64,000 nt of DNA from Dehalococcoidia bacterium. Lineage in GTDB: Bacteria; Chloroflexota; Dehalococcoidia; Bin125. The notes beneath the pieces are model-generated. The model worked only from the letters and a program-made list of their open reading frames with translations, was not told the DNA's origin and searched no databases. Below, piece by piece: positions 62,084 to 64,000 of the stretch; the stretch's first letter is position 1, and every line of letters begins with the position of its first letter. The position numbers were made by a program, and so were the translations under genes. The stretch lies in NCBI GenBank assembly GCA_963662615.2, contig CAXXSR010000002.1, positions 589,014 through 653,013 on the forward strand, read 5' to 3'.

Positions 62084-62354
62084 GACAGCAGCCTCCGTTC
62101 GTCCCTTCGCCCGCACATGGGTGGGCCAGTATTGATCAAGCGATTATCTCATTAACTGATTATCAAAAGTGTTCACCTAGCCGCAGTGAGAGGTTGCGCG
62201 GCAAGCGCCTCCACAGGAGCGCCTCCACATGAGTAGCCCACGCTGTGACTTGTCGTTTCGTCGCTGCTTCATACTCACCAGCGCGAAAGAAGTCGTTGGC
62301 GATCGCCTGCAATTGTTCGAAGCTGTAGATGCGCGACACGGCAAACCTCTTCGA

Positions 62355-63497
62355 TTAGTTCAAGACGGGGAGTCTGTGGCCCCAACCGTCCGTAAGTGCC
62401 GACTGTGTGACGATGTCACGAACCCTGACGAGCATTTCGCGACTGTGCGACCACTGGATCACCTCGCGGTGTTGTAACTGTCCAACGACGATCCCGGGAT
62501 TCACCCCTAGCATGGCCGCAAACTCTCGAATTTTCTTCTTGCTGAACAGAGGCCCGACGCGCGCGATGAAGGCCTCCAGATCGCCCTGTGAGATCAGAGC
62601 CGCCTCCGCCCATTCGTCTGCTCGTGCCTCGAACTTTGGCCTATCGTGATCCTTGCCTTCCCCAATGAGGTTCACATCAAGCGGCGGACGCGCTGCTAAT
62701 CCGTCTTGGTGAAACACGTGCGCTAGCTCGTGCATCAACGTGTACCAGAAGGCGTCAATCCGGTCGTACCGTAGGGACACAACTACGACCGGCGAAGCGG
62801 CGTCAAGCCATAGGCAAGCACCGTCGATCTGCGTCCCCAGTAATGGCTCAAGTATCAGGAGCCTCACGCCGGCCTCCGCGAGGGTTGTCGGCACTCGACG
62901 GAGATCCTCGGGATCTTCCATGAATGCCTTCAACTGCGGCATCAAGTGAGCGAAGCTCTTTTTAGAATGCGGCGCTACGTGAATGCTCGAAGCCAAGTGG
63001 CGCGCCCGAATGTGCCAGGCGATTTGTGCCGGGCTCGGCTCGAAGTGGGGGCCGCCCTGTCGTGCTGCGTAAGGCAACACCGCCGGTGTTTCGTCCAGAT
63101 TGTTGATACCTAGAAATCGGCAAACATGCTGCTCCAGCACATCGGGATTGGCCGACGGCTCAAGCCAGCCACGCTTGATTATTTCGCGAACCGGTGCCTT
63201 CGCGTAGAGACGGGCGCGCTTTTTGACACCGGAGTCCTTCTTCGAGCGCGATAAAGCGAGACGGTATGATGATTCCATGTTGAGCCACGATTGGGCACTC
63301 GTCTCGAACGCATCGGCGAGCGCCTGGGCGGTTTCAAGCGTGATCCCGCGCTTACCAGCGATAATCTCACTGACGAATGCCGGAGTGCGGCCAAGAATCT
63401 CGGCGAAGTCGGACTGCGACCAACCGCGAGCCCCTAGCTCCTCACGAATCAAGTCGCCTGGCGGGAAAGGCTCGATTGGTACACGCTCGTTGGCCAT
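62355..63497 (-). CDS. higA: HigA-type XRE antitoxin fused to an ImmA/IrrE peptidase
   Basis: PPGDLIREELGARGWSQSDFAEILG..GKRGIT..WLNMES; RIDAFWYTLMHELAH. Confidence 0.9.
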   Translation of the reverse strand: MANERVPIEPFPPGDLIREELGARGWSQSDFAEILGRTPAFVSEIIAGKRGITLETAQALADAFETSAQSWLNMESSYRLALSRSKKDSGVKKRARLYAKAPVREIIKRGWLEPSANPDVLEQHVCRFLGINNLDETPAVLPYAARQGGPHFEPSPAQIAWHIRARHLASSIHVAPHSKKSFAHLMPQLKAFMEDPEDLRRVPTTLAEAGVRLLILEPLLGTQIDGACLWLDAASPVVVVSLRYDRIDAFWYTLMHELAHVFHQDGLAARPPLDVNLIGEGKDHDRPKFEARADEWAEAALISQGDLEAFIARVGPLFSKKKIREFAAMLGVNPGIVVGQLQHREVIQWSHSREMLVRVRDIVTQSALTDGWGHRLPVLN

Positions 63498-63512
63498 CCG
63501 ACTCCCCTCCTT

Positions 63513-63814
63513 CTAGTGGCAGTCAGCGATCTCAACGACGTAGATGGCCTTTGTCGCGCCTTTCTTCTTTTCGAACTCCACGATCAAGCGCCACTGGTCG
63601 TTGAGTCGTATCGAATGCTGGCCCCCCCCGATTTCCTGACAACTTCTCGAACCGATACGAGCGCATCGTGTAAAAATCGCGTTCGTCCGGCGCTTGCCTG
63701 ATCTGGTCTACGCGACGACGGAACATCCTCACGACTTCCGGGGGGGAAATTTGAGCGAGCACGAGCGTCGCGCTCCAGCTCCTCCAAATCACCATCCCTG
63801 AATCGCACTTCCAT
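63513..63814 (-). pseudogene. higB: HigB/RelE-family toxin with two +1 homopolymer frameshifts
   Basis: Reconstructed MEVRFRDGDLEELE..NFPPEVVRMFRRRVDQIRQAPDERDF..FEKLSGNRGGQHSIRLNDQWRLIVEF..VVEIADCH*. Confidence 0.88.
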
Positions 63815-63917
63815 CGCTCGCGGCCACATCCTAGTCGATATAGGTTAATTATGCAAGTATCGTTATATCATACTGCGACACATAGGCATATTGATGAGAT
63901 CTCCTGATCGATCAAGC

Positions 63918-64000
63918 ATGATGGTCGCTCTGAGGCGGCTAGACCCAGAGCAGCACGCCCGTATCGTCGCGGCGTTGTTAGTGGAGGAAAGCTCCGCCTG
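63918..64000 (+). other. possible start of an IS1-like transposase (truncated by window)
   Basis: LRRLDPEQHARIVAALLVEESS resembles the N-terminus of the family seen at 59667. Confidence 0.4.

Noticed and set aside
59502-64000. Prophage
   Set aside because: No recognisable structural, terminase or integrase genes in the window

Overview
High-GC bacterial chromosomal window. Protein families and intergenic repeat types suggest Chloroflexota/Dehalococcoidia (inference). It is mostly housekeeping: murJ, rpsT, rodZ-like, rimO, scpB, a class B PBP, a dnaJ-hspR-clp operon divergent from hsp20, cysM, rimI, a heterodimeric ABC exporter, ruvB, thyX, an amidase, ilvD, an S8 protease, a two-component system and an acyl-CoA cluster. 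Accessory inserts: (1) ~31.7-33.7 kb, a lower-GC two-gene module (unknown protein + XRE/IrrE Zn-peptidase) with an upstream inverted repeat, RosmerTA-like and the best candidate for an undescribed or poorly described system; (2) ~39.4-41.1 kb, TetR + stand-alone PAS-PAS protein with two NemR-like operators; (3) ~41.75-42.4 kb, an orphan hicB bracketed by a 55-bp duplication of the ilvD 3' end; (4) ~59.5-64 kb, a decayed island with IS1-like fragments, a lysozyme-like gene, a broken DUF6516-like TA pair, an 'STGPRT' protein and a higB/higA-IrrE pair whose toxin has two homopolymer frameshifts. I saw no rRNA, tRNA or CRISPR array. All calls are by eye from motifs, no database searches were run, and start codons are best estimates.
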